Assembly (NCBI RefSeq): GCF_006345805.1
Contig: NC_043019.1
Location: 17,731,360 to 17,795,359, forward strand
DNA length: 64,000 nucleotides
Direction: 5' to 3'
DNA from: Octopus sinensis
Taxonomy: Eukaryota
Shown here: in pieces, positions 26,951-40,264 of the stretch
Layout of the letters: each line of letters starts with the position of its first letter
How positions within the stretch are numbered: position 1 is the first letter of the stretch
The notes under the pieces: model-generated
Databases searched by the model: none
Told to the model about the DNA's origin: nothing
Seen by the model: only the letters and a program-made list of their open reading frames with translations
Made by a program: the position numbers and the translations under genes

Positions 26951-29900
26951 CCATCGCAATGTCACCCAAGAAACAGGAAGAAAGAGTGAGAGAAAAGTTG
27001 GGGTGAAAGAGTACAACAGGGGTCACCACCACCCCCTGCCAGAGCCTTGTGGAGCTTTAGGTGTTTTTGCTCAATAAACACACACAACGCCTAGTCTGGG
27101 AATACAAACATAGATCCTACAACCGGGAGTCTGCTGCCCTAACCACTGGGCCATTGCACCTCCACTTTGATATATTGTCAATGTATATTAAATTACAAAT
27201 GCTCAAATCAATGTCAGAGGTCAATGTTTTCATGCTCTAATCTGCATTACTTATATCATCCAACATTTTTGATCAGCTAATCTTACTCAAGTTATCTTTT
27301 TTGTTTGTTGCTTTCAAATTTTTAATCATCTCACAAAAGGTGTTTTTAATCCACTAATTGCTTGGATAATCTCAACTCCCCTTGTTACATATTTGTGATT
27401 CAGCCATATTTTTATCTTATCATTAAGCCTTACTAGACTTGACAGCTCAATACCAAGAAAAATGTATTTTTTCCTTGTAATGAAAAGCAATTTTCTAACT
27501 TAGGTGACACCATAGAATGGAAGGGTGTGAATACATTTTGTTTTTTTCTAGGAGTGGCTGTCTGGTATATAGCTTGCTAACCAGCCACATGGTTCCGGGT
27601 TCAGTCCCACTGTGTGGCATCTTGGGCAAGTGCCTTCTGCTATAGCCCCGGGCCGACCAAAGCCTTGTGAGTGGATTTGGTAGACGGAAACTGAAAGAAG
27701 CCTGTCGTATATATGTATATATAAATATATGTGTGTGTTTGTGTGTCTGTGTTTTCCCCCATAGCATTGCTTGACAACCGATGCTGGTGTGTTTACGTCC
27801 CTGTCACTTAGCGGTTCGGCAAAAGAGACCGATAGAATAAGTACTGGGGTCGATTTGCTCGACTAAAGGCGGTGCTCCAGCATGGCCGCAGTCAAAAGAG
27901 TAAAAGAGAGAGTTACCTCAAAATGTTTTGATTTCCTTTGCTCTTTTATTATTATTTTTGTTGTTATTATTGTTATTAGTTGTACTAAAAATGCACTCTT
28001 GAGTACAGTGTCTAAGTTTGTTATTTAATTGTATATCCAAGGATATTTTTATTCTTGATACTTGCTATGCTAACCTAGTTCTGGTCTGCTCATTGGCTCT
28101 TTTTTGCTTGTTTATGGCTAAAAATTTGAAGAAATTTTGGATATTTTATGTTTCAAAAATATCAATTTAAAAGATGACAGCCTGCTTCATCAGTGAGTCA
28201 GCCAGAGGGAGAAGTGAGTAGTGATTTTGAGAGGAGGGTGTCTCACCTTCAATCTGTCTGTGAATAAGGGTTTCCCCTCCCTCAAACTAAAAAGATTAAA
28301 ATGTTACACCAACACCGTTGCAATGTGTGTCTACAGCAGCAGCAACAGCAACAAGTGGAGGCGTAATGGCCCAGTGGTTAGGGCAGCAGACTCGCAGTCG
28401 TAAGAACACGGTTTCGATCCCCAGATTGAAATTGTGAGTGTTTATTGAGCAAGAACAACTAAGCTCCGCGAGGCTCTGGCAGCGGGTGATGGTGTATTCT
28501 TTTACCACAATTTTCTCTTACTCTTTCTTCCTACTTCTGTCACAAAGCAGAGGAACCTATTTCTTTATTACCCACAAGGGGCTAAACACAGAGGGGACAG
28601 ACAAGGACAGACATAGGTATTAAGTCGATTACATCGACTCCAGTGCGTAACTGGTACTTAATTAATCGACCCCGAAAGGATGAAAGGAAAAGTCGACCTC
28701 GGCGGAATTTGAACTCGGAATGTAACGGCAGACGTAATACGGCTATGCAATTCGTCCGACGTGCTAACGTTTCTGCCAGCCCACCGCCTTCACAAAGCAG
28801 AGGAACCATGGTGTAACCCACTTTGGTGTGGTAAACTTTCAGACCCTAGTCTAGATTGCGAATCTTCTGTACCCCAGGATGGTTCAGCTCTCCACCCGTT
28901 AAAAGCCCACCGTTTACGGAATGAGGATAACAACGTAGCTGGCAACCACCAGTCTATCACATGTGGTCGGAGGAATCTTCAAGTTGCCACACACATTCTT
29001 TGTAGCTTAGAGTAGGCTCGAATTTTCTTTGTGGCTAATGGCGTGAGTCCTGATTGGGAGGAGGAGGAGAAGAAGAAGAAGAAGAAGAAGAAGAAGAAAA
29101 ATCCTGCAATATGTCAAGCTGACAACAATAAAAACACCACTACTAATAACAACAACAATAGCAACAACAACATTAACAAGAGAAACGTCAGATTAAGAGC
29201 TTCATTGTGATCACAACTGCTGTCATAGCAGTTTAGCAGTAAGGGCAAGAACAACAACACCAATAACGAAATAAAGGACAAAGCAGACAAAGCAGTACCT
29301 AAGAGGCTACGAATTTGAATGTGGCCATGCTGGAGCACTGCCTTTTGTCTAAGAAATCTACTCCAGGACTTATTCTTTGTAAGCCTAGTACTTATTCTAT
29401 CAGTATCTTTTGCCAAACTGCTAAGTTACGGGGGACGTAAACACACCAGCATCGGTTGTCAAGCGATGTTGGGGGACAAACACAGACACACAAACACACA
29501 CGCCGCCCAAGGTGCCACGGCAAGTGTCTTCTACTATAGCCTCGGGCTGACTAAAGCCTTGTGAGTGGATTTGGTAGATGGAAACTGAAAGAAGCCCGTT
29601 GTATATATGTATATATATATGTGTGTGTGTTTGTGTGTCTGTGTTTGTCCCCCCAACATTACTTGACAACCGATGCTGTTCTGTTTATGTCCACGTAACT
29701 TAGTGGTTTGGCCAAAGAGACTGATAGAATAAGTACTAGGCTTACAAAGAATAAGTCCTGGGGTTGAGTTGCTTGATTAAAGGCGGTGCTCCAGCATGGC
29801 CACAGTCAAATGACTGAAACAAGTAAAAGTGTAAAAGAGTAAATATATACGACGGGCTTCCTTCAGTTTCCATCTACCAAATCCACTCACAAGGCTTTGG

Positions 29901-30647
29901 TTGGCCCAAGGCTATAGTAGAAGACATTTGCCCAAGGTGTCATGCAGTAGGACTGAACCCATTAACCATGTGGTTGGTTAGCAAGCTACTTACCACACAG
30001 CCACTCCTGCACCTATGTATAAACATTTTCAAAATGCTGAACAACTAGTAAAAAATATATGAACCAAAAGCTCAAAAAGTTATTAAAAAACTGCCTGATT
30101 ATCAATGATTTGTAGGTGTGTTGCTCAAAAACCAATGATTGAAAATGGCCACAAATGTCCTCGTAGAAAAGTGTTTGCAAGAAATACAGGAGGACATAGA
30201 TCTCATCCTTTGGGCCCCAACAATTTGGTGTCAGCAAAGTTTAATTCCTGAAGGATATCTTGCAGTAAAGCATTTTATTGTCTTCTGTATGAGTGAGGAA
30301 TTTGTCCTCATTCCCACTTATCTAAGAAGAAAATGGATTGGAAAGGTGAAGGTATCTAGTGTACTACCATTGCCAGACATCTGGTGGGTTGTGGTATGCC
30401 TTGTCCTGAAGGGATTTGACATGTATGTATGTATGTATGAATGAATGAATGAATGAATGAAAGAAAGAAAGAAACAAACAAACAAGCAAACTCCATTGTT
30501 TCTTGCAGCCCAAGAAATCTCCATTGTGACAGGAAGACTTCCATAGGTCATCAGTTTTTGAATAGCTATATATTCTTTTTTCAATCATAGGAACAGTTCT
30601 GAATATTGTGGTTTTGCATGTGAATGAAGCAGGATCTTTTGGCTTAA

Positions 30648-30867
30648 CCCTTCAGTGTTTAAACCGGCCATATCCGGCCAAAATATTCTACCTATTTTAT
30701 GTTCAAACTAGTCAGATATGGTCATTCATAGCTACCCTATTGTGTCATTTTAAAAATAAACAATCACATCATTGAAATCTCAAAGCCATGAAATTATGCA
30801 AGATTAATTTTACATGGTGTGAATACATAAGCTTTACATTTGACAGAACAATCTGAATGCTAAAGGG
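30648..30867. mobile_element. piggyBac-like MITE (TTAA-flanked)
   Basis: TTAA|CCCTT...AAGGG|TTAA. A second copy in opposite orientation at about 57523-58152 is split by an RTE-tail insertion. Confidence 0.7.
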
Positions 30868-31242
30868 TTAAACTTCTGGTTGGAATCGTGTTACAGCTGT
30901 TTCATAACATGTCAAAAAATAAATTACTATCAATGCTTGCACTTTTTCTTTCAAACTGGGATAAAAATCAGGAAAGAATTTTTTCAGGTTTTCGAAAGGC
31001 AGAGAGAGAATTTCAAATTGATTGAGAATCAAAGACAACGCTACAAAGCTAGAGCAGTCCTAGTAAAAGTGGAACATGGGATCGCCCAATGTAGAATGAT
31101 ATTTCTAGAAAGTCTACTTGCATTTCAGGTCGTGGAGTTCATTGAAAGCAACATAATGGCTTGCTTTCTTTCACGAGAAAGTTTCAATCTTTTTAATTGA
31201 GAACTCTTGATTTTGATTGATTCCATTTTTTACCTCTTTACT

Positions 31243-31274
<32 letters not shown>

Positions 31275-32008
31275 CCCACTCTCTCTCTCTCTTTCTCTCT
31301 CCCTCTCTTCTGCTTTCTTCTATCACTTCCTCTGATATCTCTTTACTCTTTTACTTGTTTCAGCCATTTGACTGTGGCCATGCTGGAGCACTGCCTTTAA
31401 TCGAGCAACTCGACCCCGGGACTTATTCTTTTGTAAGCCTAGTACTTATTCTATCGGTCTCTTTTGCCGAACTGCTAAGTAATGGGGACATAAACACACC
31501 AGCATCGGTTGTCAAGCAATTCTAGGGTGACAAACACAGACACACAAAGACACACATATATATATATATACATATATACGACGGGCTTCTTTCAGTTTCC
31601 GTCTACCAAATCCACTCACAAGGCTTTGGTCGGCCCGAGGCTATAGTAGAAGACACTTGCCCAAGGTGCCATGCAGTGGGACTGAACCCGGAACCATGTG
31701 GTTGGTAAACAAGCTACTTACCACACAGCCACTCCTGTGCCTATCTTTACTTCTTTACTTCTCCCTTCCTCTCTCTCTCCCTCACTCCCCCCTCTCACTT
31801 ACTCTCTCTCTCTCTCACTTCTTCTTTTTTCAGTGCCCCATTTTCTTTAATTTTTCTTCATTCTTTCCTTACTCTTTCACCTTTCTCTCTTCTCCACTCC
31901 ATTCGTCTACCTCCTCCTCCTCCATCCCCTTCCACTTTTTCTTTCCTCCCTGTCTTTCTTCCTTATGAACCATATTCAATTTCTCATCTTCCTGCTTACC
32001 ATTAACAG

Positions 32009-32217
32009 AGATGACTACATCAAGGATCAGCCTGCCAAACCAGTGGATGCTTTCAGCTGGATTGTCCTACTCACAGCATTCATATCAGTGACAATATGTA
32101 CCGGTGTTATCGGGTCACTTTCGGTGTTCTACGTGGAGTTTCTGCATGCTTTCAACAATTCCAAAGCAGAAATAGCTATTGTACCGTCCCTTGCTAATGG
32201 AATGTACGATATTGGAG
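32009..32217 (+). CDS. SLC16/MCT-family transporter coding exon 2 (TM1-TM2)
   Basis: Pyrimidine-rich acceptor ...ccattaacAG at 32007-32008. Encodes DDYIKDQPAKPVDAFSWIVLLTAFISVTICTGVIGSLSVFYVEFLHAFNNSKAEIAIVPSLANGMYDIG, resembling the SLC16 PDGGWGW-TM1 and VF..E..F..S motifs. Donor GTAAGA at 32218, phase 1. Confidence 0.92.
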
Positions 32218-32885
32218 GTAAGAACCTTTTCTTTTTGTTATTATTATTGCTTTGATTCAGCGCTTTATGATGTAAGCATTCTGGCTTTGACCATTTTGTT
32301 TTTCGTATATTGACACAGATGTGACTGTGTGGTAAGAAGCTTGCTTCCCAACCACATGGTTCTAGGTTCAACCCCACAGCTTTATATATATAGATTAAAA
32401 CGAATAATATTGCCAGTGACTTCGAAGTTTCAACCAGGTAAGCCATCATCTTAAAGAGACTTTCCCTGGATGAAATACCATAGCCTAAAACTGTTTAAAT
32501 AAAACACATGCATTAAATATGTGATATCAATATTGTTTACGATATCCGATATTCCTTTTTTCAAGACGGCAAGATGTGATACAAGGGATAATTTGACTGA
32601 TAATTCTAGCAGGTCAAGCAATCATGTAAAATCCTAACTTCATTGATCCATGACCATACAGTCTTCATATTGCTTCGCTGCTTGATGGTAGTGAACCAGC
32701 AGAATTGTTAGCATGTTGGGCAAATGCTTAGCGACATTTTGTTTGTCTTTGTGTTCTGAGTTCAAATTCTGCCAAGGTCGACTTTGTCTTTTGTACTTTC
32801 AGGGTCAATAAAATAAGTACCAGTTGAGCACTGGTAATTGACTTATCCGCACTCACTGAAATTTCTGGACTTGTACTAAAATTTG

Positions 32886-33530
32886 AAACCCACATAAAAA
32901 GCACCATTCGAACGTGGCCGTTGCCAGTGCCGCCTTGACTGGCTTCTGTACCGGTGGCACATAAAAAGCACCATCCGAATGTGGCTGATGCCAGCTCTGC
33001 CTTGACTGGCTTCTGTGCCGGTGGCACATTAAAAGCACCAACCGATCATGGCTGATGCCAGCTCTGCCTTGGCTGATGCCAGCTCTGCCTTGACTGATGC
33101 CAGCTCCGCCTTGGCTGATGCCAGCTCCGCCTTGGCTGATGCCAGCTCCGCCTTGGCTGATGCCAGCTCCGCCTTGGCTGATGCCAGCTCCGCCTTGACT
33201 GATGCCAGCTCCGCCTTGGCTGATGTCAGCTCCGCCTTGGCTGATGCCAGCTCCGCCTTGGCTGGCTTCTGTGCCGGTGGCACGTTAAAAGCACCAACCG
33301 ATCGTGGCCGATGCCAGACTCCCTTGGCACCTGTGCCGGTGGCACGTAAAAAGCACCCACTACACTCGCGGAGTGGTTGGCGTTAGGAAGGGCATCCAGC
33401 TGTAGAAACACTGCCAGATCAGACTGGAGCCTGGTGCAGCCCCTGGCTTCCCAGATCCCCGGTCGAACCGTCTAACCCGTGCTAGCGCGGAAAATGGACG
33501 TTAAACGATGATGATGATGATGATGATGAT
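32886..33530 (+). mobile_element. RTE 3'-end repeat with (GAT)n tail, carrying a 21-bp minisatellite
   Basis: Same sequence as the RTE 3' UTR at 15837-16100. Other copies (approximate): 24743-24971-, 42217-42462-, 46130-46300-, 46420-46615+, 47530-47916+, 51405-51781+, 57676-58057+, 63519-63860-. Confidence 0.88.
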
Positions 33531-33557
33531 GATTACTTTGCTGTTTTCTGTTTCTAG

Positions 33558-33701
33558 GTGTGTTGGCTGGAATTATGATTGACAGAATAGGCTGTCGTGC
33601 GTCAATGGTGGTTGGTGGACTTATGACGTCAGTGTCTATTGCTGTCAGTTTTTTTGCTAAAAGCATCTATTTTCTAATATTTTCCCTTGGAATCGTTTCT
33701 G
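33558..33701 (+). CDS. SLC16/MCT-family transporter coding exon 3 (TM2-TM4)
   Basis: Acceptor ttttctgtttctAG; 144 nt, phase 1 to phase 1. Encodes (G)VLAGIMIDRIGCRASMVVGGLMTSVSIAVSFFAKSIYFLIFSLGIVS with the MFS loop 2-3 motif G..xDRxGxR. Donor GTAAGT at 33702. Confidence 0.95.
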
Positions 33702-34933
33702 GTAAGTATCCTTTTTTCTTTTCTTTTTGTATTATTGATTTTGGATTACCTGAAACAACTCCTGACAAAGCAGGGAAACCGAAATGTCAAACCACCCATT
33801 TTGGATAAGGTCACAGAAATATGTGGTTGTAGTATTGGTAGTGGTGGTGGTGGTGGTGGTGGTGGTGGTAGTGGTGGCGGCGGCGGCTGCTGCAGAAGAC
33901 CCTTGATTCCTAATGCTGTCATAAATGTGCCATCATGATATACAATGTATCTCTTGGGCATTTAGAATCTGGTGGGACCCATTCTCTCTCCAGGTCTGAA
34001 CACAGCCAATTCATTGCTGAGAGAAAGAAATTAGGAAAAGAGGGGAAGGTGGTGGCAGCACCAGTTGTTATTATTACACACACACACACACACACACACA
34101 AATAAACTGGCACTCTGTCAGTTACAATGGTGAAGGTTCCATTTGATCTGATCAACAGAACAGCTTACCTGTAAAATGAACTTGCAAGGGGCCAGGGACT
34201 CCACTGACACATGTACCCTTTACGTAGTTTTCAACATGACCCAAGATGTGACAAGGCTGGCTCTTTGCAATACAGGTACTACTCATTTTTGCCAGCTGAG
34301 TGGACTGGAACAAAGTGAAATAAAGTGTCTTGCTCAAGGATACAATGCACCTCTGGGTATCAAACTCATGGAGTGGCTGGGTGGTAAGAAGCTTGCTCCC
34401 TAACTACATGGTTCTAGGATCAGTCCCTCTGCATGGTACCTTGGGCAAGTGTCTTCTACTATAGCCAAAGCCCTGTGAGTGGAGTTGGTAGACAGAAACT
34501 GAAGGAAGCCTGTTGTGTGAGTGTATATATATATATATATATTTATGTGTTTGTGCCAATGTCTGTCCCCTCGCCATCACTTGACAACCGATGCTGGTGT
34601 GTTTATGTCCCTGTAACATAGAGGTTCAGCCAAAGTGTCTGATAGAATAAGCATTAGTATTAGGCTTACAAAGAATAAGTCCTGGGGTCGATTTCTTTAA
34701 CTAAAACTCTTTTAAGGTAATGCTCCAGCATGGCTGCAGTCAAATAACTGAAACAAATAAAAGAATATATATATGATATAAAAAAAAGAATTAGAGTAAA
34801 AATAAATCTGCCAAAAATTTAAAAAAATTTTATTCTCAAAATTGAAATAGTGGCTGGATCTTAGTTTATTCAAACATGTCCCACAAGGGAAGAACATAAT
34901 GGCTAGAAAATTTCAGTGAATGAAAGACAGTAA

Positions 34934-35547
34934 CCCTTTTGTTACCATATTTCTGTTGAGATGCTCTGTGTTTCTTTCAGTTGATTTTAACCCTTTCGTT
35001 ACCATATTCATTCTGAGATGTTCTGTGTTTCTTTCAATTAATTGTAAATATAACAAAGAATTTAGTAAAATAACTTAGTTATCATTAAGCTAGTGTTAGG
35101 AACATAAATTGCGACTAAGGTTTGGTGGAAGATTTTAATTCAAAACTTATGAAAACAAGACATTTATATTACAGAGCCAGAGCTGGTTTCAACTGGGTTG
35201 GTATCAGAAGGGTTAAATATAACAAAGAATTTAGTAAAATAACTTAGTTATCACTAAGCTAGTGTTAAGAACATAAATTGTGACTAAGGTTTGGTGGAAG
35301 ATTTTAATTCAAAACTTATGAAAACAAGACATTTATATTACAGAGCCAGAGCTGGTTTCAACTGGGTTGGTATCAGAAGGGTTAAATATAACAAAGAATT
35401 TAGTAAAATAACTTTATCATTAAGCTAGTGTTAAGAACATAAATTGCGACTAAAGTTTGGTGGAAGATTTTAATTCAGAACTTTTGAAAACAAGACATCT
35501 GTACTAAAGAGCCAGAAATGGTTTCAGGTGGGTTGGTATCAAAAGGG
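34934..35547. mobile_element. piggyBac-like MITE with tandemly amplified right portion (3 x about 169 bp)
   Basis: CCCTTT/AAAGGG termini with TTAA; right end repeated at 35212, 35381 and 35547; monomer form at 39043-39264. Confidence 0.8.
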
Positions 35548-35654
35548 TTAAGAAAAAGAAAAGAAGAGTATTGCATTTTTTTCTTTTTTTTTGTTGCAAG
35601 CATATTCAAAGGTAAGGCAAGGAATGAAAGACAACCAACACTGAGGTTTTCATA

Positions 35655-36597
35655 CATGTTTGTCATTGCAAGCAAGAGGTATGATACAAAATGCCACAGT
35701 ATTGAAATATGCAGACGACATCAAGCTGTACCTTGAAATCAAGAGGACAGATCCTGATGTCTACAACTCTTTCCTGCAATCAGACCTAGACACAATGCAG
35801 CAATGGATCACAGACTGGCAACTGAAACTGGCTGTGGACAAGTGTACCACCATGCATTTTGGGAGAAAAAACCCTGCGTTCACTTACTCCCTCCACAACA
35901 CTGATATCAAGAAATCCTCTTGCGAGCGTGACCTAGGCATCACTGTCAGCAGTGATTTGCGTTGGTCAAAGCATATCCCTAAGATTGTCAGGAAGGCCGA
36001 GGGTGTCTTGGCATCACTCAGCAGGTCTTTTGTTAGCCGCTCTCCAGCCATCTATTTAAAACTGTATACAGCTATGGTACGACCACACTTGGAATTCGCA
36101 TCATCAGTTTGGAACCCCTATCTTGCACAGAACATTGACCTCCTGGAATCTGTCCAGAGACGTGCAACCAAACGCATACCCTCCATCAGACACCTACCAT
36201 ATTCTGAGCGCCTTGTTTCCCTGGGCATGGATTCACTGAAGCTCCGGCGTTTGGCGACGGACTTGGTAAACACCCACAAAGTTATCAACCACCTCACCAA
36301 CAACAACACTGAACACCTTTTTGATCTCCATGTGTCTAACACACGTGGACATGCCTACAAAGTCAGAAAACAATACAGCTCCCATGACTTTCGGAAACAT
36401 TTTTTCACGCTCAGAGTTGCTGAAGCATGGAATAAACTGCCTGCGTCAGTTGTTGACTGCCATGACACTGCATCTTTTAAGGCCCTCATGCTTTCCGAAA
36501 TCCGCCGAAACTACACCTGATTATATATACACTTTAGATGAGTTGTAGTGCACCTGAGCACTGTACACAATTATTATTATTATTATTATTATTATTA
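35655..36597 (+). mobile_element. 5'-truncated CR1/L2-group LINE with intact RT C-terminal ORF (35660-36520)
   Basis: YADD motif, ERDLG, RPHLEF, ESVQRRATK, RGH, FTLRVAEAWNKLP; 286 codons without a stop; short 3' UTR and (ATT)n tail. Confidence 0.95.
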
Positions 36598-36886
36598 TAA
36601 AATGCTAGAGAAACCTGTCGAGTGTACCTTATATAATTTTTCCCCCTTCTTTGGTTGAAATGAGTTATCCATCTTAGTAGGATTGAAAGTTATTTTTACA
36701 AGATGAGGTAAAAAAATATGGGTTAGTATAGGCGCAGGAGTGGCTGTGTGGTAAGTAGCTTGCTAACCAACCACATGGTTCCGGGTTCAGTCCCACTGCG
36801 TGGCATCTTGGGCAAGTGTCTTCTGCTATAGCCCTGGGCCGACCAATGCCTTGTGAGTGGATTTGGTAGACGGAAACTGAAGTATG

Positions 36887-36927
<41 letters not shown>

Positions 36928-39042
36928 GTGTGTGTTTGTGTGTCTGTGTTTGTCCCTCTAGCATTGCTTGACAACCGATGCTGATGTGTTTACGTCCCCG
37001 TCACTTAGCGGTTCAGCAAAAGAGACCGATAGAATAAGTACTGGGCTTACAAAGAATAAGTCCCGGGGTCGATTTGCTCGACTAAAGGCGGTGCTCCAGC
37101 ATGGTTGCAGTCAAATGACTGAAACAAGTAAAAGAGTAAAGAGTGAGAGACAGAATGGATGAGGGGATAAATATAATGAATGAAGAACAAAGATTTATTC
37201 CAGCTGCATATTACAGTATATTCAACAGCAAAAAAGCTTGGTACTACATGATGATGTCTTTAGGTGATGTCTCTAGATGATGTCACAACAAAATAAGCTA
37301 AACAGTTATGTGACTGTCAAGTAGAGCAAACATCAATTGACTAGAATACCTCCCCACAAAACAAAAGACAGTAGCTGAAAGTTGGAAATAACACTGAAAG
37401 AAAAATGCCTTTGAATATGTTCATGAACAGAGAAGGAAAACAGAAAGAAAAATATGTTTTTGTAGGTGTTGGCCAGGCTGTAGTCACAGGCATGGCTGTG
37501 TGGTAAGAAGCTTGCTTCTCCCACAATGTGATTCCAGGTTCATTCCCACTGCATGGCACCTTGGGCTAGTGTCCTCATCTTGGGCTAGTGTCCTCATCTT
37601 GGGCTAGTGTCCTCGGGCAGACCAAAGCCTTGTGAGTGGATTTGGTAGACAGAAACTGAAAGAAACCCATCTAATATAATAAATGCAGAAACTAATTTCT
37701 GTGTGTCAGTGTGTCACTCTTTCACTATTCAATGACACTTCTATTATTGCTCATGTTGGGATGAGAGTAATAGAAGGCATAGAAAAGGTGAGGGCAGTGG
37801 TGAAGATAGATAGACAGACAGACAGAGAAAAAGACAAAGAAATTTGGGGAGAGTTGATGATGTTTTATTAAAAGTAGTTGTGTTTATGGTGGCTGTGGGA
37901 ATAATGATAAGAGAGAGAGAAAGAGTGGATATGTGAGAGAAAGAGGGACTGAACACTGAACCAACGTACTGAATGAACATACTGAACATTGAATTCTTTT
38001 ACACACACATTTAGCCTTTTTGTGATGGTAATGAGGTGAAAGTAATAGTATGAGCTGTAGTTGTGAGAGAGGCAGAGGTGGTAGTGATGATGGTGGTGGT
38101 AGCCGAGGCGGTCAGGGATGACAGTGAGAGCAAGACAGTGGTGATAGTGGTGGAGGGGAAGGCAGCAAAGTCAAAGGTATTGATGGTGGTGGTGTCAGAA
38201 GTCTGAATGGTGTGTGTATGGCAGATGTGATGGCGATGGTGGTGGTGGTGGTATTGTTGTTCATCATGCAGCTTTGTAATAAGTTCCAAGTCGACAAATA
38301 TAAATTGTTTTGATGAAAATTGTTCATTGCTTAAAAAATATTGTTCAAGTTTAATAAAATTTGATATGTGCTCAATGCATGGAGTGTCACTGTTGGGCCC
38401 TAATGAAGAGCCCTCCACAGGGGCTAGGTTAAAAGCCACCCAATAGGGTGGCTTTTAAGCCAGTTGTATATATATGTGTGTGTGTGTGTCTCTCTCTCTC
38501 CCTCTTTGTGCCTGTGTTTGTCCCCTCACACTGCTTGACAACTGGTGCTTGTGTGTTTATGTCCTCATAACTTAGCAGTCTGGTAAAAGAGACTGATAGA
38601 ATAAGTGCCATGCTTAAGAAAAAGAATAAGTACTGTGGTCAATACATTCAACTAAATAATTCTTCAAGGTGGTGCCCCAGCATGGCCACAGTCTAATGAC
38701 TGAAACAAGTACAAGATAAAAGATATGAGTGTGATTACATGTGTGTTGAAAATAGAAATAAAAGGCACAAATCTATTTGACTGTTGCGCATCTCTTAGAT
38801 TTTGTGATATATTTTGGAGGTGAATTCCTTGCTGTTGTGGATTTTCCATATGAGATTGAAAAGGAGATTCAGTAGGTGATGATGTTACATCAAGTATAAT
38901 AATTGATGATGGCGTAAGCTGTTGTGTCTTTCCCAGGAAAGTAGGTTTTAAATGAACTATGTTAATAGAGTCTTTTCATCCATTAACTTCTACAACAAAG
39001 TATTTCAGTTTTCTCTAAATAACTTCATAGAGACCTGTTTAA

Positions 39043-39264
39043 CCCTTTCATTACCAACCTGGCCAAAACCGGCTCTGGCTCTGTAGTACAAATGTCTTCT
39101 TTTCATAAGTTTTGAATTAAAATATTCCACCAAGCCTTAGTCACAATTTATGTTCCTAACACTAGCTTAATGATAAGTAATTCATTTTACTAAATTCTAT
39201 GTTATATTTTAAATTAATTGAAAGACACACAGAGCATCTCAAAATAAATACAGTAACGAAAGGG
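39043..39264. mobile_element. piggyBac-like MITE, monomer
   Basis: TTAA|ccctttcattac...gtaacgaaaggg|TTAA; reverse complement of the unit at 34991-35212. Confidence 0.85.
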
Positions 39265-39876
39265 TTAAAGAACATCTCTGCAAATAAAAAAAACGTCTAA
39301 AGAAGTAAACAGTTTTACAGAAATGTGAACTTTAACATTTTGGTGTTGAGAGATAGTTGGTGGAATTTTCCCCCAAAATAACTTCATAAGTGATGCACAA
39401 TCTGGGTTGGGTCTCTTTATGTTGTGTCAACAAGAGCAATTATAATTTCCAGATAATTCTGAAAAAGTTCAACAGATTAATTCTACTGATGTACAATTGC
39501 GGGACAAATTCTTAGAACTAGTAAGAACTCATGTCATGTCGAAGAATTAGAGCGATTAGAGAACTGCACTAAGTTGGTGATGAAAACATTCAATAATGCC
39601 ATTAGCTTTCAGGTTTCTAGGCAGTAGTTTGGGTCCTAGTACAGCTGTAGGTTTGTTGTTTACTGTATTCTGTGTATTGTTTTAAGTGATTGACTTAAAG
39701 GCCCAGGAGTGGCTGTGTGGTAAGTAGCTTGTTTACTAACCACATGGTTCCGGGTTCAGTCCCACTGCGTGGCACCTTGGGCAAGTGTCTTCTACTATAG
39801 CCTCGGGTCGACCAAAGCCTTGTGAGTGGATTTGGTAGACGGAAACTGAAAGAAGCCCGTCGTATATATGTATATA

Positions 39877-40264
39877 CTAGCAGTATCGCCCGGCGTTGCT
39901 CAGGTTTGTAAGGGAAATAACTATAAAGCATTTTTAGAGAGTTATAGCCAAAAAATAGCCAAAAAATGGAAAAAAAATGATGGTAAATTTTTTTTTTGAG
40001 AGTAATAAAAGGTTGAGTTGCGTCCCCTAGACAGTCTGTGGTTTGTTTTTTTTTATTCTCGACCCCATGTCGAATTTATCGATTTTTTTCAGAACTGGGG
40101 GAACTTTTCAAAATTTTCGCTGCGTTAGTTTTGAATTATGACATTGGGCTATGTGTGTGTCAAGTTTCATCAGAATCGGTTGAAAGCCGTGGTCAGGGTG
40201 AGGGTACGAGAAAACAGACACACAGAAACACGCACAGACAAACTGCCGTTTATATAGAGAGAGA
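39877..40264 (-). mobile_element. Non-autonomous Helitron nested in a SINE's central (TA)n
   Basis: Minus strand A|TCTCTCTCTATATAAACGGC...cctgagcaacgccgggcgatactgCTAG|T: TC start, CTAG end, subterminal GC hairpin, AT target and no TSD. The SINE halves rejoin across it. Confidence 0.85.

Noticed and set aside
31965-32008. ORF-track start MNHIQFLIFLLTINR for the transporter
   Set aside because: This is the polypyrimidine tract and acceptor of exon 2; the coding part starts at 32009.
33029-33386. Coiled-coil-like heptad ORFs (AKAELAS / ADASSAL)
   Set aside because: A 21-bp minisatellite within a retro-element 3' UTR.
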